A stretch of 64,000 bases of DNA from Trueperaceae bacterium (GCA_965214405.1 OZ243956.1:512001-576000), one strand, 5' to 3'. Positions 18,005-32,192 are shown, counted from the stretch's first letter. The notes: generated from the letters alone by a model not told the origin. Program-made: numbers and translations.

Positions 18005-19786
18005 ATGGTGAAGGTTGACGAGCCGACGCTAGGGGCGTCGGTCGAAGAGAACGGTGTGCGCTTTCGCGTATGGGCACCCGCGACGGAGCGTGCGGAAGTC
18101 GTGTTGAGGCCCTCCGGCGAGAGTGTCGATATGAAAAAAGAGGGTGACTACTTTACCGCCCTCTTGCCGAACGCAAAAGCGGGCGACCGCTACCGCTACC
18201 GCTTAGACGGCGAGAATACATTTCCCGACCCCGCCTCGAGGTTCCAGCCCGAAGGCGTCCACGGCCCCTCGCAGGTGGTGGACCCAAACGCGTACGCTTG
18301 GAGCGACGCGGGTTGGCAGGGGGTGCCGCAAAAAGAGCTGATCTTTTATGAACTTCACGTCGGCACCTTTTCGCCCGAGGGCAGGTATGAGGGGGTGCGG
18401 CAAAAGCTGTCTTACTTAAAAGAGCTGGGCATTACCGCCATCGAACTTATGCCGCTGGCCGACTTTCCCGGCGAGCGCGGCTGGGGCTACGACCCGGCAG
18501 CCTTTTTCGCGCCCGCGCACGCTTACGGCGCGCCCGACGAGCTGCGACGTTTGGTGGACGAGGCGCACGCGCAGGGGCTGGCGGTGTTTCTCGACGTGGT
18601 GTACAACCACTTCGGCCCCGACGGGGCTTACTTGCCCGCTTACAGCCCCTTTGTCTTTACCGACCGGCACCACACGCCGTGGGGACAAGCGGTCAATCTA
18701 GACGGGCAAGGCTCAGAAGGCGTACGCAGATTCTTTTTAGAAAATGCCCTCCACTGGCTCCGCGAGTACCACTTCGACGGCTTTAGGCTCGACGCGACCT
18801 TTGCGCTGATTGACGATTCGCCAAAACATTTTTTGGTCGAGCTGTCAGAAGTTGTGGAGAGGGTGCCGGGCTGGCGCAGGACGCTCGTCGCCGAGGACCC
18901 GCGCAATATGCGGGCGCTGCTCGAGCCCCGCTCCAGTGGCGGCTACGGCCTAGACGCCGTGTGGGCGGACGATTTTCACCACCAGATGCGGCGGCGGCTA
19001 GCAGGGGACAGACACGGGTATTACCAGGATTTTAGCGGCTCAAACGAGGACCTCGCCACCACGCTCAACCAGGGCTGGTTTTTTAGCGGCCAACATTCAG
19101 AAAACGAAGGCGGCCCGCGCGGCACCGACCCGGCGGGGCTGCCCAAAGAAGCCTTCGTCCTCTGCATCCAAAACCACGACCAGATCGGCAACCGCCCGCA
19201 GGGCAACAGGCTTTCAGATGACGCGTCGCCCGCCGCGTTTCGCGCGGCGAGCGCGGCCCTACTCTTCGCGCCCGAGTTGCCGTTAATCTTTATGGGTCAG
19301 GAGTGGGGCGCGGACACGCCCTTTCAGTATTTCACCGACCACAACGAGGAACTGGGCAAGCTCGTGTCAAAAGGCCGCAAGGAAGAATTTAAGGACTTCC
19401 CCGGCTTCGGCGGCGAGGTGCCCGACCCGCAGGACGAGGCGAGTTTTAACAGGAGCAAGCTCGAGTGGGACGAGCTAAACGTGCCGGGTCACGCGAAGAC
19501 GCTCCAACTTTATAAAGATTTGCTCCGTACGCGGCGGGACTTGTCGGGCGACTTTGAGGTTCAGGCGAGCGCGGGCGGGCTTGTGCTGAAACGCGGAAGG
19601 CATGTGCTGCTTGTGGCTCTGGACGGAGGTACGACGGTGTCACTCGAGCATACAGCGGTGGAAGGCGATATTCGCTGGCAGACCGAGAGCAACGCCTACA
19701 CCGACGATCCCAAACCCGCTCGAGTCGAGGGTAATGAAGTGCATTTCGAGGTGCCGGGTGCGGCGCTGCTCGAGGCGAACGCGTGA
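18005..19786 (+). CDS. treZ: Malto-oligosyltrehalose trehalohydrolase (GH13)
   Basis: DPASRFQPEGVHG, YELHVGTF, DVVYNHFGPDG, GFRLDA, QNHDQIGNR. Confidence 0.93.
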   Translation: MVKVDEPTLGASVEENGVRFRVWAPATERAEVVLRPSGESVDMKKEGDYFTALLPNAKAGDRYRYRLDGENTFPDPASRFQPEGVHGPSQVVDPNAYAWSDAGWQGVPQKELIFYELHVGTFSPEGRYEGVRQKLSYLKELGITAIELMPLADFPGERGWGYDPAAFFAPAHAYGAPDELRRLVDEAHAQGLAVFLDVVYNHFGPDGAYLPAYSPFVFTDRHHTPWGQAVNLDGQGSEGVRRFFLENALHWLREYHFDGFRLDATFALIDDSPKHFLVELSEVVERVPGWRRTLVAEDPRNMRALLEPRSSGGYGLDAVWADDFHHQMRRRLAGDRHGYYQDFSGSNEDLATTLNQGWFFSGQHSENEGGPRGTDPAGLPKEAFVLCIQNHDQIGNRPQGNRLSDDASPAAFRAASAALLFAPELPLIFMGQEWGADTPFQYFTDHNEELGKLVSKGRKEEFKDFPGFGGEVPDPQDEASFNRSKLEWDELNVPGHAKTLQLYKDLLRTRRDLSGDFEVQASAGGLVLKRGRHVLLVALDGGTTVSLEHTAVEGDIRWQTESNAYTDDPKPARVEGNEVHFEVPGAALLEANA

Positions 19787-22515
19787 GCGCGCCCACCCCC
19801 AACTCAACGCTCACGTCAGGCGCGTCCTCGCCCACAGGCCCGATGGTCGCGTCTTACCGCCTCCAGCTCACGCCCGACTTTGTGTTTGAGGACGTGCGGG
19901 CGCTCCTGCCCTACTTCCAAAAACTCGGCGTGAGCCACCTCTACTTGTCCCCCATCACCGAGGCGCGGCGCGGCTCGACGCACGGCTACGACGTGATCGA
20001 CCACAACGCGGTGCGCGAGGCGTTTGGGGGGGCGGAAGGACTGGAGAGCCTGCGCGAGGCGGCGCAGGAGGCGGGACTCTCGCTCATCCTCGACTTTGTC
20101 CCCAACCACGCCGGAGTGGGGCCGCGCAACGTCTACTGGCAAGACATCCTGGCGTACGGTCCCTATTCGGAGGACGCGGCCTTTTTCGACATCGACTGGA
20201 ATCCCTTAAAAGACGAGCTTCACGACAAAATCTTGTTGCCCTTTTTGGGCAAGCCCTACGGCGAGGTTTTAGAAGAAGGCGAGCTTGGTTTAAGTTACGA
20301 CGACGGGCGCTTCTACGCGCGCTACTTCGACAACCGCTTTGCGCTCTCTCCGGCGAGCTACGACGCGATTTTAGGAGCGGCGCTGCCGAGCTTCGAGCGA
20401 ACTGAAGTGTACTTCGACCTCAAAGATTTGCTCGAGGCGTACGAAGCTTTAGAGCCGAGCGAGCGCACCAAGGCCGAGGGCCTGCGCACGAGACTTCTGG
20501 CGCTGAGCGAAACCGTCGACTGGGACGCGCTTCTAAAACTGCCGACAAGCGCGATGCACGCGCTTTTGGAGCGTCAGTTCTGGCGGCTCTCGTACTGGAA
20601 AACGGCGGGCGCGGAAATCAATTACCGTCGATTTTTCGACATCAACGAACTTGTGGGCCTGCGGATGGAAAATTCGGAGGTGTTCTGGGACTCGCACCGG
20701 CTCTTGGGCGAACTCGTGGTCAAGGACGGCGTCGCGGGCGTGCGGATCGACCACATCGACGGACTTTTTGACCCGCAGGGTTATCTGGAGGCGCTTCATA
20801 CCCTGGGGGCCAAAAGGGTGTGGGTCGAGAAAATCTTGGCCCCCGGCGAGACGCTGCCCGAAGACTGGCTCACAGTCGGCACCTCGGGCTATGAATTCAT
20901 GAACGACGCGATGGGCGTGCTTACCTACGGCGGCGGCGCGGAAGGGCTTAAACGCCTCTACCGCCGCTTTGTGGACGGCGTGGTGCCCTTTGATGAAGAG
21001 GTCCATAGGAGCAAGCGCTTGGTCATGGAGACGAGCCTGTCGGGCGAGCTTGTCCGGCTGGCGAACGAACTCAACCGGCTCTCTGAGGCGGACTACCGCA
21101 CCCGCGACTTCACCTTGGAGGCGCTGCGCGAGGCGCTCCTAGAAATCATCGCCGCCTTTTCGCGCTACCGCACCTATTTGCCCCACTATCCCGTTGAGGC
21201 TCGAGAAGTGATTCACAGCGCCATAGAGCAGGCGCGGCGGCGCAGCGTCACGTTGGAAACGTCCATCTACGAATTTATCGAGCGCATGTTGGTCGGCGAG
21301 GTGCGTGAGGACTTGCAAGAGATGCAAGCCGCGTTTATCGGGCGCTTTCAGCAGTACACCGCGCCCGTGGCGGCCAAGGGCGTCGAGGACACCGCCTTTT
21401 ACCGTTACCTGCCGCTCGTGGCGCTCAACGAAGTGGGCGGCGAGCCCGAGCACATCGGCGTGACGCCGCAGGCGTTTCACGCCCGCTCTCGTTTTCGCGC
21501 CTACCGCTACCCCGACAACCTGCTCGCCACCGCCACCCACGACCACAAGCGCGGCGAGGACACCCGGATGCGGCTCATCGTCTTGAGCGAACTTGCGAGC
21601 GCGTGGGAAGAAACGCTCCTAGCGCTTTCAGGTGAAGCAGAGAAAATCCGCCGGGGCGGGTTAGAAGCTTCCGGCGGCCCCTCCCGCAACGACATGTACC
21701 TCTTCTATCAGCTTCTGGTCGCGCTCTGGATAGGTCCAGACGGGAAGGTGTCAGAAGACAAGGAAACGCTGGCCGACAGGTTGGTCGACTACATGCGCAA
21801 GGCGGCGCGCGAGGCCAAAGAGCATTCGTCGTGGCTCAACCCGAACGAGGCGTACGAGAAAGCGTTGGAGGCGTTTGTTCGTGAGACGGTCTCGAGCGAC
21901 GCCGTGGGTGAGGCGATAGGCGACCTCGCGGGAAGGCTCGCTCACCACGGCTTTAGCAACACCCTGGCCCAACTCGTGCTCAAAACGACCACGCCGGGAA
22001 TGCCCGACTTTTACCAAGGCACCGAACTCTCGGATTTGTCCCTGGTGGACCCTGACAACCGCAGGCCGGTGGATTACGGCTACCGTGACAATCTTTTAGA
22101 AGAGTTCGCGGAACTGCTCTCCTCACCCGGCGCGGGGACGCTCCAGAAGCTTTTTGAGGGGCGCGACGAACGCCTCAAGCTCATCACGACCGCGCGCCTG
22201 TTGCGGTTGCGGCTCGAGCATAGCGGGCTTTTCTGCGGGGAGTATAGGGCGCTCGAGCTCTCCGGCGAGGCCGCGGAACACGGTCTGGCCTTCTCGCGCG
22301 AGGCGGACGGCAAAGCGCTGGTCGTCTTCGTCACGCGTTTTCCCGCGACTTTAGAAGAAAAAGGCGGCTGGGGCGACGCCGAGGTGACGCTGCCGGACGG
22401 ACTCGCCGGGCGTTCCTATGAGGACGTGGTCACGGGGATGAAGCTTGACAGCCCTCTTAAACCGGGCGAGTTGCCGCTGCCCTTCGCGGTACTCCTCAGC
22501 ACGGACGCAAATTAA
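19783..22515 (+). CDS. treY: Malto-oligosyltrehalose synthase
   Basis: SYRLQL, GSTHGYDV, INYRRFFDIN, RIDHIDGL, THDHKRGED, SLVDPDNRRPVD. Confidence 0.95.
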   Translation: MSAPTPNSTLTSGASSPTGPMVASYRLQLTPDFVFEDVRALLPYFQKLGVSHLYLSPITEARRGSTHGYDVIDHNAVREAFGGAEGLESLREAAQEAGLSLILDFVPNHAGVGPRNVYWQDILAYGPYSEDAAFFDIDWNPLKDELHDKILLPFLGKPYGEVLEEGELGLSYDDGRFYARYFDNRFALSPASYDAILGAALPSFERTEVYFDLKDLLEAYEALEPSERTKAEGLRTRLLALSETVDWDALLKLPTSAMHALLERQFWRLSYWKTAGAEINYRRFFDINELVGLRMENSEVFWDSHRLLGELVVKDGVAGVRIDHIDGLFDPQGYLEALHTLGAKRVWVEKILAPGETLPEDWLTVGTSGYEFMNDAMGVLTYGGGAEGLKRLYRRFVDGVVPFDEEVHRSKRLVMETSLSGELVRLANELNRLSEADYRTRDFTLEALREALLEIIAAFSRYRTYLPHYPVEAREVIHSAIEQARRRSVTLETSIYEFIERMLVGEVREDLQEMQAAFIGRFQQYTAPVAAKGVEDTAFYRYLPLVALNEVGGEPEHIGVTPQAFHARSRFRAYRYPDNLLATATHDHKRGEDTRMRLIVLSELASAWEETLLALSGEAEKIRRGGLEASGGPSRNDMYLFYQLLVALWIGPDGKVSEDKETLADRLVDYMRKAAREAKEHSSWLNPNEAYEKALEAFVRETVSSDAVGEAIGDLAGRLAHHGFSNTLAQLVLKTTTPGMPDFYQGTELSDLSLVDPDNRRPVDYGYRDNLLEEFAELLSSPGAGTLQKLFEGRDERLKLITTARLLRLRLEHSGLFCGEYRALELSGEAAEHGLAFSREADGKALVVFVTRFPATLEEKGGWGDAEVTLPDGLAGRSYEDVVTGMKLDSPLKPGELPLPFAVLLSTDAN

Positions 22516-22536
22516 GGAGCCGTAGCGGGTTGCGTA

Positions 22537-22577
22537 GCTCTCCCCCAACCCCTCTTACCAAGGGATGTGGGGAGAGC
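22537..22577. terminator. Hairpin between convergent treY and glgX
   Basis: GCTCTCCCC ... GGGGAGAGC arms; no clear U-tract. Confidence 0.4.
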
Positions 22578-22651
22578 CCCCTCGCACAGTGTCTAAGAAA
22601 TCCGATATCCGAAGCGGGATTGGCGCAGGTTTATAACGACTCTCGCGCTGT

Positions 22652-24889
<2,238 letters not shown>

Positions 24890-24956
24890 GGGGAGCATCA
24901 TAAGAAATTTGTGAGGGGTGAACGTTAGCGCGGGGCACGCAAACAAAGGGGCATTG

Positions 24957-25004
24957 TGTGGTTTGGGGTGTGGTTTGGGGTGTGGTTTAGGGTGTGGTTT
25001 AGGC
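24957..25004. repeat. 12-bp tandem repeat, 4 copies (TGTGGTTTRGGG)
   Basis: Units start at 24957, 24969, 24981, 24993. Confidence 0.9.
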
Positions 25005-25131
25005 TCGAGCCCCAACCCACTTTTCCTGCCTAGAGAGTAAGGAAAACGAGCCCTTAGATTCTATTTTCCACTTATCACTCGGCCCTTTCTCCAACGCAAC
25101 ACCTGCGTGACATAAGATTCGGCCCCGACGC

Positions 25132-26958
25132 CTAAATTACATGCTTATCCGATAACCGGCGGTCGATGTCAAACGCGGCGCTGATGAGGCCCAGATGGGT
25201 AAACGCCTGCGGAAAGTTGCCCAGATGCTCGCCGCGCGGCCCCAGCTCCTCGGCGTAGAGCCCGACGTGGTTGGCGTAGCCGAGCATCTTTTCAAAGTGG
25301 TAGCGCGCGCTCCTAAGGTCGCCCGAGCGCGACAAACATTCGGCGTACCAGAACGAGCAGATATTGAAGGTGCCTTCACTGCCCTCCAACCCATCACCAC
25401 CCGCCGCGTTGCAGTAGCGGTAGACGAGCGAATCGTCGACCAGTTCGCGCTCCACGGCGCGTAAGGTCGAGAGCCAGCGCGGGTCGGTGGGACCCAAAAA
25501 CTTGACCAGAGGCATGAGCAAACACGCGGCGTCTAGGTTGGTGGAGCCCTTGTGCTGCACGAACGCGCCGATATCTTCGTTCCAGAAGTTGTCAAAAATA
25601 TCAAAATAGATGGCGTCTCTCACCTCGTGCCAGCGCGCCAGGGGTGCGGGAAACGAGCGTTTTTGCGCCAATCTATAGCCGCGGTCAATCGCCACCCAGC
25701 ACATAAGGCGTGAATATAAGAATTCCTGCTTGCCGTCCCGCATCTCCCAAATCCCGTGGTCGGGCTCCCGCCAGTGCTCGCAGACCCAGTCAATCAGCCG
25801 GGTGAGGTTGCGCCACAGGTCATACGAGATGGGCTGGCCGTACTTGTTAAAAAGGTAAACCGAATCCATCAGCGCGCCGTAGATGTCGAGCTGGAGCTGG
25901 TCGTAGGCGGCGTTGCCGACGCGGACAGGGCTCGAGCCGCGGTAGCCCTCCAAGTGCTCCAGCGTTTTTTCGGGCAACTCGTCCTCACCGCCGACGCCGT
26001 ACATGACTCCGAAAAGCTCATCGCCCTCCAGCTCAGCACAACGCTGCGAAATCCAGTCCATAAACGCCGCCATCTCGTCCGTGTAGCCGAGCCTCGAGAG
26101 CGCGTAGAGCGTAAACGAGGCGTCCCGAATCCAGGTGTAGCGGTAGTCCCAGTTGCGCTCCCCCCCTATCTCCTCAGGCAGCCCAAAAGTCGCGGCGGCC
26201 ACCACCGAGCCCGCGGGCGCGTAGGTAAGGAGCTTTAAGGCCAGAGCCGAGCGGTTCACTTCCGCGCGCCAGAGCCCGCGATAGGTGGAGCGGCCCATCC
26301 AGTCCTGCCAGTAGTTGACGGTTTCCTTGAACGATTGGGAAATAAAGTGGGGGTCTTTGGCCGGTGACTCACCCTCTTCCTCCAACAAAAACCACAGACT
26401 CTCCCCCGCGCCCAAAGTAAAGTCCGCAACCGCCGCGTCGTGTTCCCCCACCCGCTCCACCGTGAGCGGCGCGGGCGTCCGCAGCCGCAGCGTGAGGTTA
26501 TCCGACACGAACAGCGCCCCCTCGTCGTCAAGCTCCACCGTATGTTCCCCGCGCGCGTAGTCGAAGCGCGGCGCGCAGACCATCCGGAAGTGAACCCCGC
26601 CCCGCACCGTTTTCGCGCGCCGCACCACCCGGTGAAGGTGCGCGCGGCTCACGGGCATGAAGTCCGACACTTCCGCCACGCCCTCATGAGACAAAAAGCG
26701 CGTGAGGAGGACGTTGGTGTCGGGTAAGTAGAGTTGCTTGTGGCGCGCGTTATCCAAGACCGGCGCGAGCCGAAAAAATCCGCCCTTGTCGGCGTCTAAA
26801 AGCGCGGCAAAAATCGACGGCGAGTCGAAGCGCGGGAAACACATGTAGTCAATCGAGCCGTCTAGCGCGACCAGGGCCACCGTGTGCATATCGCCGATGA
26901 CGCCGTAGTTTTCGATAGGTTTATAGGACGGGGTAGCGTCTTGCTCTCGGTTCGGCAT
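25132..26958 (-). CDS. GH15 glycoside hydrolase (trehalase/glucoamylase)
   Basis: [35 protein letters not shown]. Confidence 0.9.
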   Translation of the reverse strand: MPNREQDATPSYKPIENYGVIGDMHTVALVALDGSIDYMCFPRFDSPSIFAALLDADKGGFFRLAPVLDNARHKQLYLPDTNVLLTRFLSHEGVAEVSDFMPVSRAHLHRVVRRAKTVRGGVHFRMVCAPRFDYARGEHTVELDDEGALFVSDNLTLRLRTPAPLTVERVGEHDAAVADFTLGAGESLWFLLEEEGESPAKDPHFISQSFKETVNYWQDWMGRSTYRGLWRAEVNRSALALKLLTYAPAGSVVAAATFGLPEEIGGERNWDYRYTWIRDASFTLYALSRLGYTDEMAAFMDWISQRCAELEGDELFGVMYGVGGEDELPEKTLEHLEGYRGSSPVRVGNAAYDQLQLDIYGALMDSVYLFNKYGQPISYDLWRNLTRLIDWVCEHWREPDHGIWEMRDGKQEFLYSRLMCWVAIDRGYRLAQKRSFPAPLARWHEVRDAIYFDIFDNFWNEDIGAFVQHKGSTNLDAACLLMPLVKFLGPTDPRWLSTLRAVERELVDDSLVYRYCNAAGGDGLEGSEGTFNICSFWYAECLSRSGDLRSARYHFEKMLGYANHVGLYAEELGPRGEHLGNFPQAFTHLGLISAAFDIDRRLSDKHVI

Positions 26959-26997
26959 AGGGGGCAGCATAACGCAGCGTGAGGGCGAGAAAGAGCG

Positions 26998-27846
26998 TCA
27001 GACCTCCCAGAACTTTAGTTCGCTCTCCCGCACCTCCGGCAGCGCCCGCTTGGCAAAAGCGAGAAGGCCGTCGCGGTCGGGGGGCTCGAGGTAATACCGG
27101 AAATTCCCCAGGTAGCGCCTCACCACCGTGGGCGACAGGGCGAGTTTTTCGGCCTCAACGTCCGCCACCGCCGCCAGATGCCCCAGCCCCCGCTCGCGCG
27201 CCGCGCGCAACTCGGCCACCAGCCGCTTTGAGGGCGGCGCGTCTCGTCTGGCAGCCCACACCGCAAAGGTAAAGGGCAACCGCGTGAGGTCGTACCAGGC
27301 GCGGCCCAGGTCGGTAACAAAGGGCTGACGCCCCTCCACCTCACGCCGCGCCACGGCCTCTTTGAGCGCGCTGTCGCCAATCAGGAGCGCCGCGTCGCAA
27401 GCTATAAGCATCGCGTCCAAGTCGGGTTTCATCGGGACGACTTCGGGCGTGAGGTGAGAGGCGTGGAGCAGGACCTCGAGCAGCTTCACGCTCGTTGCCG
27501 AATCCGTCGTCAAGGCAACCCGCTTGCCCGACAGCGCCTCCCACGGCTCCCAGTGAAAGAGCATCACGCTGTAGACGGGGCCAAGGGTGGAAATGGAAAA
27601 GTCAGGCAGCGCCACAAGTTCATGGCGGTGGCGCAAGAACTCGACGGACGAGACCAGCGTCAGGTCAATCTCGCCCGCCAAGAGCTGTTGGTTAAGCGCC
27701 GTCGGTACACCCCGGACGAAGCGCACCCCCTCCCAGGGCGTCAGGCCCCAGTGTAAGGGCGCGACGTTGGTATAAGAAACGATGCCCAAGCGCTCGAGCG
27801 CCCCCACAGATTGACGCGTTGCAGGTACAAGGTTAGGGAGGTTCAT
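26998..27846 (-). CDS. mqnA: Chorismate dehydratase (futalosine pathway)
   Basis: VSYTNVAPL, GVPTALN, GPVYSV, SATSV, LLIGD, LPFTFAVW. Confidence 0.85.
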   Translation of the reverse strand: MNLPNLVPATRQSVGALERLGIVSYTNVAPLHWGLTPWEGVRFVRGVPTALNQQLLAGEIDLTLVSSVEFLRHRHELVALPDFSISTLGPVYSVMLFHWEPWEALSGKRVALTTDSATSVKLLEVLLHASHLTPEVVPMKPDLDAMLIACDAALLIGDSALKEAVARREVEGRQPFVTDLGRAWYDLTRLPFTFAVWAARRDAPPSKRLVAELRAARERGLGHLAAVADVEAEKLALSPTVVRRYLGNFRYYLEPPDRDGLLAFAKRALPEVRESELKFWEV

Positions 27847-28226
27847 ATTGCCACTTCTTGCCTTATCTCGTGACCTTTGGCTTTTAGAATATCGAGAACG
27901 GCCTCGAGCGACTGATCCTTGACAAGCAGATAGTCTGTATCGAAGGTAGAAAGTGCGAAAACACTTATCTTCGCTTCGGCAAGAGGCGCGGTAAGTGAGG
28001 CGAGAATGCCGGTAAGGTGAAATTCCAACGGCCCCGCCACCCGCAGATATCGCCAGTTTCCTTCAGCCTTAACTCGTTCTGGAACACACCGCGCGTCACA
28101 AACAACGGAAAGTCCGTCAGGTGTGCGCGTGACGCTCTGAAAGCCGCCGCCAAGCCAGGTTGGATAGTCGGCATCCGCGGGCAAGCGGCATACGGCCAGG
28201 GTTTCAGGGAGAAGCTCGAGGGTCAT
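27843..28226 (-). CDS. ACT-domain protein
   Basis: SVTRTPDGLSVV, GPLEFHLTGILA, FALSTFDTDYLLV. Confidence 0.85.
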   Translation of the reverse strand: MTLELLPETLAVCRLPADADYPTWLGGGFQSVTRTPDGLSVVCDARCVPERVKAEGNWRYLRVAGPLEFHLTGILASLTAPLAEAKISVFALSTFDTDYLLVKDQSLEAVLDILKAKGHEIRQEVAI

Positions 28227-28239
28227 GCTAAGTTAGCGG

Positions 28240-28482
28240 TTAGGCGTGAACCTTTAGCTCACCACAAAGCGTGTCAAGCGCAAAAATTTCTCCGGCAGCA
28301 ATCTCACGTTTTACCGAGGCGGCCAAACGGTCCCACTGCTCATCCGACGTCTCTGCAAAGCTTTCCGCCCAAAGCTTATTGTCCTTGATTTCTTCCAAAA
28401 GCCGCGCAGCAACCGCGTTTTGTTCGGTAGGGTGCAGCTTCTCGAGTTCAGTGATGACTTGCTGGAGCAGTTCAGTTGCCAC
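28240..28482 (-). CDS. Small acidic protein, putative orphan antitoxin-like
   Basis: 80 aa; SD GGAGG; LLQQVITELEKL...EQNAVAARLLEEI...WAESFA pattern. Confidence 0.55.
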   Translation of the reverse strand: MATELLQQVITELEKLHPTEQNAVAARLLEEIKDNKLWAESFAETSDEQWDRLAASVKREIAAGEIFALDTLCGELKVHA

Positions 28483-28503
28483 GCTGTACCTCCTGTACTC
28501 GGT

Positions 28504-29628
<1,125 letters not shown>

Positions 29629-29704
29629 AGTGTCCTGAGTATAGCAATGCCCGCTCAAATCCAATGAAAGGCACCTTGCAAAAAGTTTCACAAGTAGAAT
29701 TCAT

Positions 29705-29734
29705 AAAAGGCGGGCTGCAACATTACAACCCGCC
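29705..29734 (-). terminator. Intrinsic terminator
   Basis: GGCGGG/CCCGCC stem followed by a T-tract on the minus strand. Confidence 0.6.
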
Positions 29735-29745
29735 CAGCGCCCAAG

Positions 29746-30637
29746 CTAAGGCACAGTTTTTATGACGAGCACCTGACCGATGTAAGAGCGCGGAAAGGCG
29801 TCGTCGCTCAGGATTTGCAACAAACCCAGCCAGGGTTCGCCGTCCGAGGTAAAGCCGTAGCGACGCCAGCCGACAGGGGTATCTGCTCCGCCGCTGTTTC
29901 CCCCACTACTGTCACGCGCCGTCCAGCCTGCTGCGAGAAGTTGCGCGTCGTAGAACTCGAGCAGCGCCTCCGCGCTCAGGTCGCTCTCTAGGTAGATGCT
30001 CGAGGAGCCGCTCATCTCCGCCGCCTAAATCGTTAAAGTAAGATGCCGTGGCTTCAGGCGGCGCCTCGAGGGCGGGTATAGGTGGTCCGTAGTAGCGGTC
30101 CCGTTCGTCTCGGTCACAAGGCGTGTAGCCCCTCGAGCTGGGGTCGCTGTAAAGCTGAACCGTCACCTGAGTGGGCTCGCCCTCTACAGGCGCGCTTATT
30201 GTGGACGCATAGTAAGGGTTGTTGAAGTACAAAAAGGTTGTGTCGCGGCAAAAGGTAGCCTCTTGTGAGGCCCCGGAGGGTAAAAAGCCCGCCGATGGCT
30301 CGTATATTTGCCCTTCCTCCCACCCGGCAGCGAGAAGCGCACGCCGGTAGAAGGAGACCGTTTCGTCGCTCGAGCCTTCGGTCTCGAGATAAACCGCCGC
30401 GTTATACGCTTCGCCCTCGCCGCTTAGGGTGCTGCCGACGACTCGAGCCCCCTCAGGCAGGGGAAGGTTAAACCCGAGCTCGTCCGCCGAAGGAAGCTCG
30501 CCCACATAAAGATTGGCATCCTGTCCACCCACGATACGCTCGACTAAATCCCACGGCACCGTCCCGTCCGTTTGCGCTCCCGCGATACCCAACAGAACAA
30601 AAACTGTCACCAAAAAACCACGCCGCCACATGTTCAT
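29746..30637 (-). pseudogene. Secreted two-repeat protein split by a frameshift near 30015
   Basis: VYLET..S.DETVSFYRRALLAAGW (ORF 29912-30637) recurs as IYLESDLSAEALLEFYDAQLLAAGW in the +1 frame (ORF 29746-30015). Confidence 0.7.
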
Positions 30638-30720
30638 GACACTCCTTTTTATGTCTAAGGTTGTAGCGAGAAAAGTTTACCGCAACGGTTGAGAAGGAAC
30701 AACCCGAAACGTGTACAAGT

Positions 30721-31500
30721 TCAGCGCGGCTCGATGAGCGCGACTTCTAGCAGATTGGGGATGCTGACTGAGGGCTTTACTAAGAACTCGAGCCTCGAGC
30801 CAGCCGCGACCTTGGGCAAAACCTGCGTGACCCGGCCCACCTCGATGCCGCGCGGGAAGAGCCCGCCGCGGGCGCTCGTCTCGACGATGTCGCCAACTTC
30901 AACGGGCTGGTCCTCGCTGTAGCCTGTCACGCGGAGCACGCCCCCCGGTTCGCCCGCGGCGACGCCCTGACCGCCGCGACCGCGCACGCTCACGCCGACG
31001 CGCGACTCGGGGTCGAGCAGCGTGCGGACGCCCGCGCTGCCCTCCGCGACGCCCGTCACGACGCCGACTAGGCCCTGGGGCACGGTCACGGGCATGTCCT
31101 TGGCGACGCCCGCGGCGCGGCCCTTGCCGAGCACGAGGCGTGACAAAAGCGGGCTCGAGTCCGCGCCGACGACGGGGGCGGTGGTAACGACGCCCGGCGA
31201 CTGCGAGAGGCGCACCTCGCGGATTTGGGTGAGGGAGGCAAGCTCTAACTCCAACTGCCGCTTTTCCCCCTCCAGCTCGGCCACCCGTGTCTGAAGCGTC
31301 TCCACCTCCGCGCGAAAGTCGCGGCGGTCGGTCGCCTCGGTGACCACCCGCCGCAGGTTCGCGCCCGCCGTAAAAAAGACGCGGGTAGGGAGCGCCACGG
31401 CGCTGCTCAGCGAAAAAGGCGGCGCGCCCACAAAAGAGGTGAGTACGAAGGTGAGCACCGCCAGCACCAGAAAAACGGCCCAGGCCCGGAATCTAAACAA
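30721..31500 (-). CDS. mreC: Rod shape-determining protein MreC
   Basis: TM helix, coiled coil, LVLGKG..AGV...PVTVPQGLVG.V, GGLFPRGIEVG; TTG start overlapping the maf stop is inferred. Confidence 0.85.
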   Translation of the reverse strand: MFRFRAWAVFLVLAVLTFVLTSFVGAPPFSLSSAVALPTRVFFTAGANLRRVVTEATDRRDFRAEVETLQTRVAELEGEKRQLELELASLTQIREVRLSQSPGVVTTAPVVGADSSPLLSRLVLGKGRAAGVAKDMPVTVPQGLVGVVTGVAEGSAGVRTLLDPESRVGVSVRGRGGQGVAAGEPGGVLRVTGYSEDQPVEVGDIVETSARGGLFPRGIEVGRVTQVLPKVAAGSRLEFLVKPSVSIPNLLEVALIEPR

Positions 31501-32128
31501 GGGGCACACCCAGACGTTTGGACATTTCGACGAGGTGGGCGACGCTGAGGCCGACGACGTTGAAGTAACTCCCGTGAACCTCCCACACCAGGGCCGCGCC
31601 AAACCCCTGGATGGCGTAGCCCCCCGCCTTGTCGAGGCCTTCGTTAGTGGCTATGTACCAGTCAATTTCTCTACGGTCTAGTGCGCGAAATACGACGGTG
31701 CTGGAGACAACTTCCGTCACGCGCGCCTCTCCCCTTTTGAGAACGTGACCCGTATGCACCTCGTGGGCGCGACCGGAGAGCTTTTCGATAAAGGTGCGGT
31801 TTTGTGCTTCGTCCACCGGTTTACCGAGCGTTTCGCCGTCCACCGTGACCACCGTGTCCGCGGCGATGAGAAGCGCGTCCGGCTGGGTGGCGTGTAGAAG
31901 AGACGCGACCGCGTCCGCCTTAGCCTCGCTCAGGCGGCGTACCATCTCCTGCGGCGTTTCACCGGGTCGGGGCGTTTCGTCTACGTCGGCGGGAAGAACC
32001 TCAAAGGTGAGGCCGAGCGCCTCTAAGAGCGCACGGCGGCGAGGCGAGGCGCTGGCAAGCACGAGCGTGACGGGCTGCGGACGTTTACCCAGAGCGCCCT
32101 GACCTGCGGATTGACCCGTGACGTTCAC
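31493..32128 (-). CDS. maf: Maf nucleotide pyrophosphatase
   Basis: LASASPRRRALL, AADTVV, LGKP, DKAGGYAIQG, NVVGL. Confidence 0.92.
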   Translation of the reverse strand: MNVTGQSAGQGALGKRPQPVTLVLASASPRRRALLEALGLTFEVLPADVDETPRPGETPQEMVRRLSEAKADAVASLLHATQPDALLIAADTVVTVDGETLGKPVDEAQNRTFIEKLSGRAHEVHTGHVLKRGEARVTEVVSSTVVFRALDRREIDWYIATNEGLDKAGGYAIQGFGAALVWEVHGSYFNVVGLSVAHLVEMSKRLGVPLV

Positions 32129-32192
32129 AATCTTCAGTTTAACCCTCACGACCAGGGTACACGTTGGGAAAAAATGTACGTTAAACTGGCGC

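Noticed and set aside
24890..25015. N-terminal KPHP-repeat extension of GlgX in the ORF track
   Set aside because: A -10 box lies directly before ATG 24889 and family similarity starts there; the repeat is probably intergenic.
30721..32128. mreC without mreB or mreD
   Set aside because: maf-mreC linkage is ordinary, and absence cannot be judged from one window.
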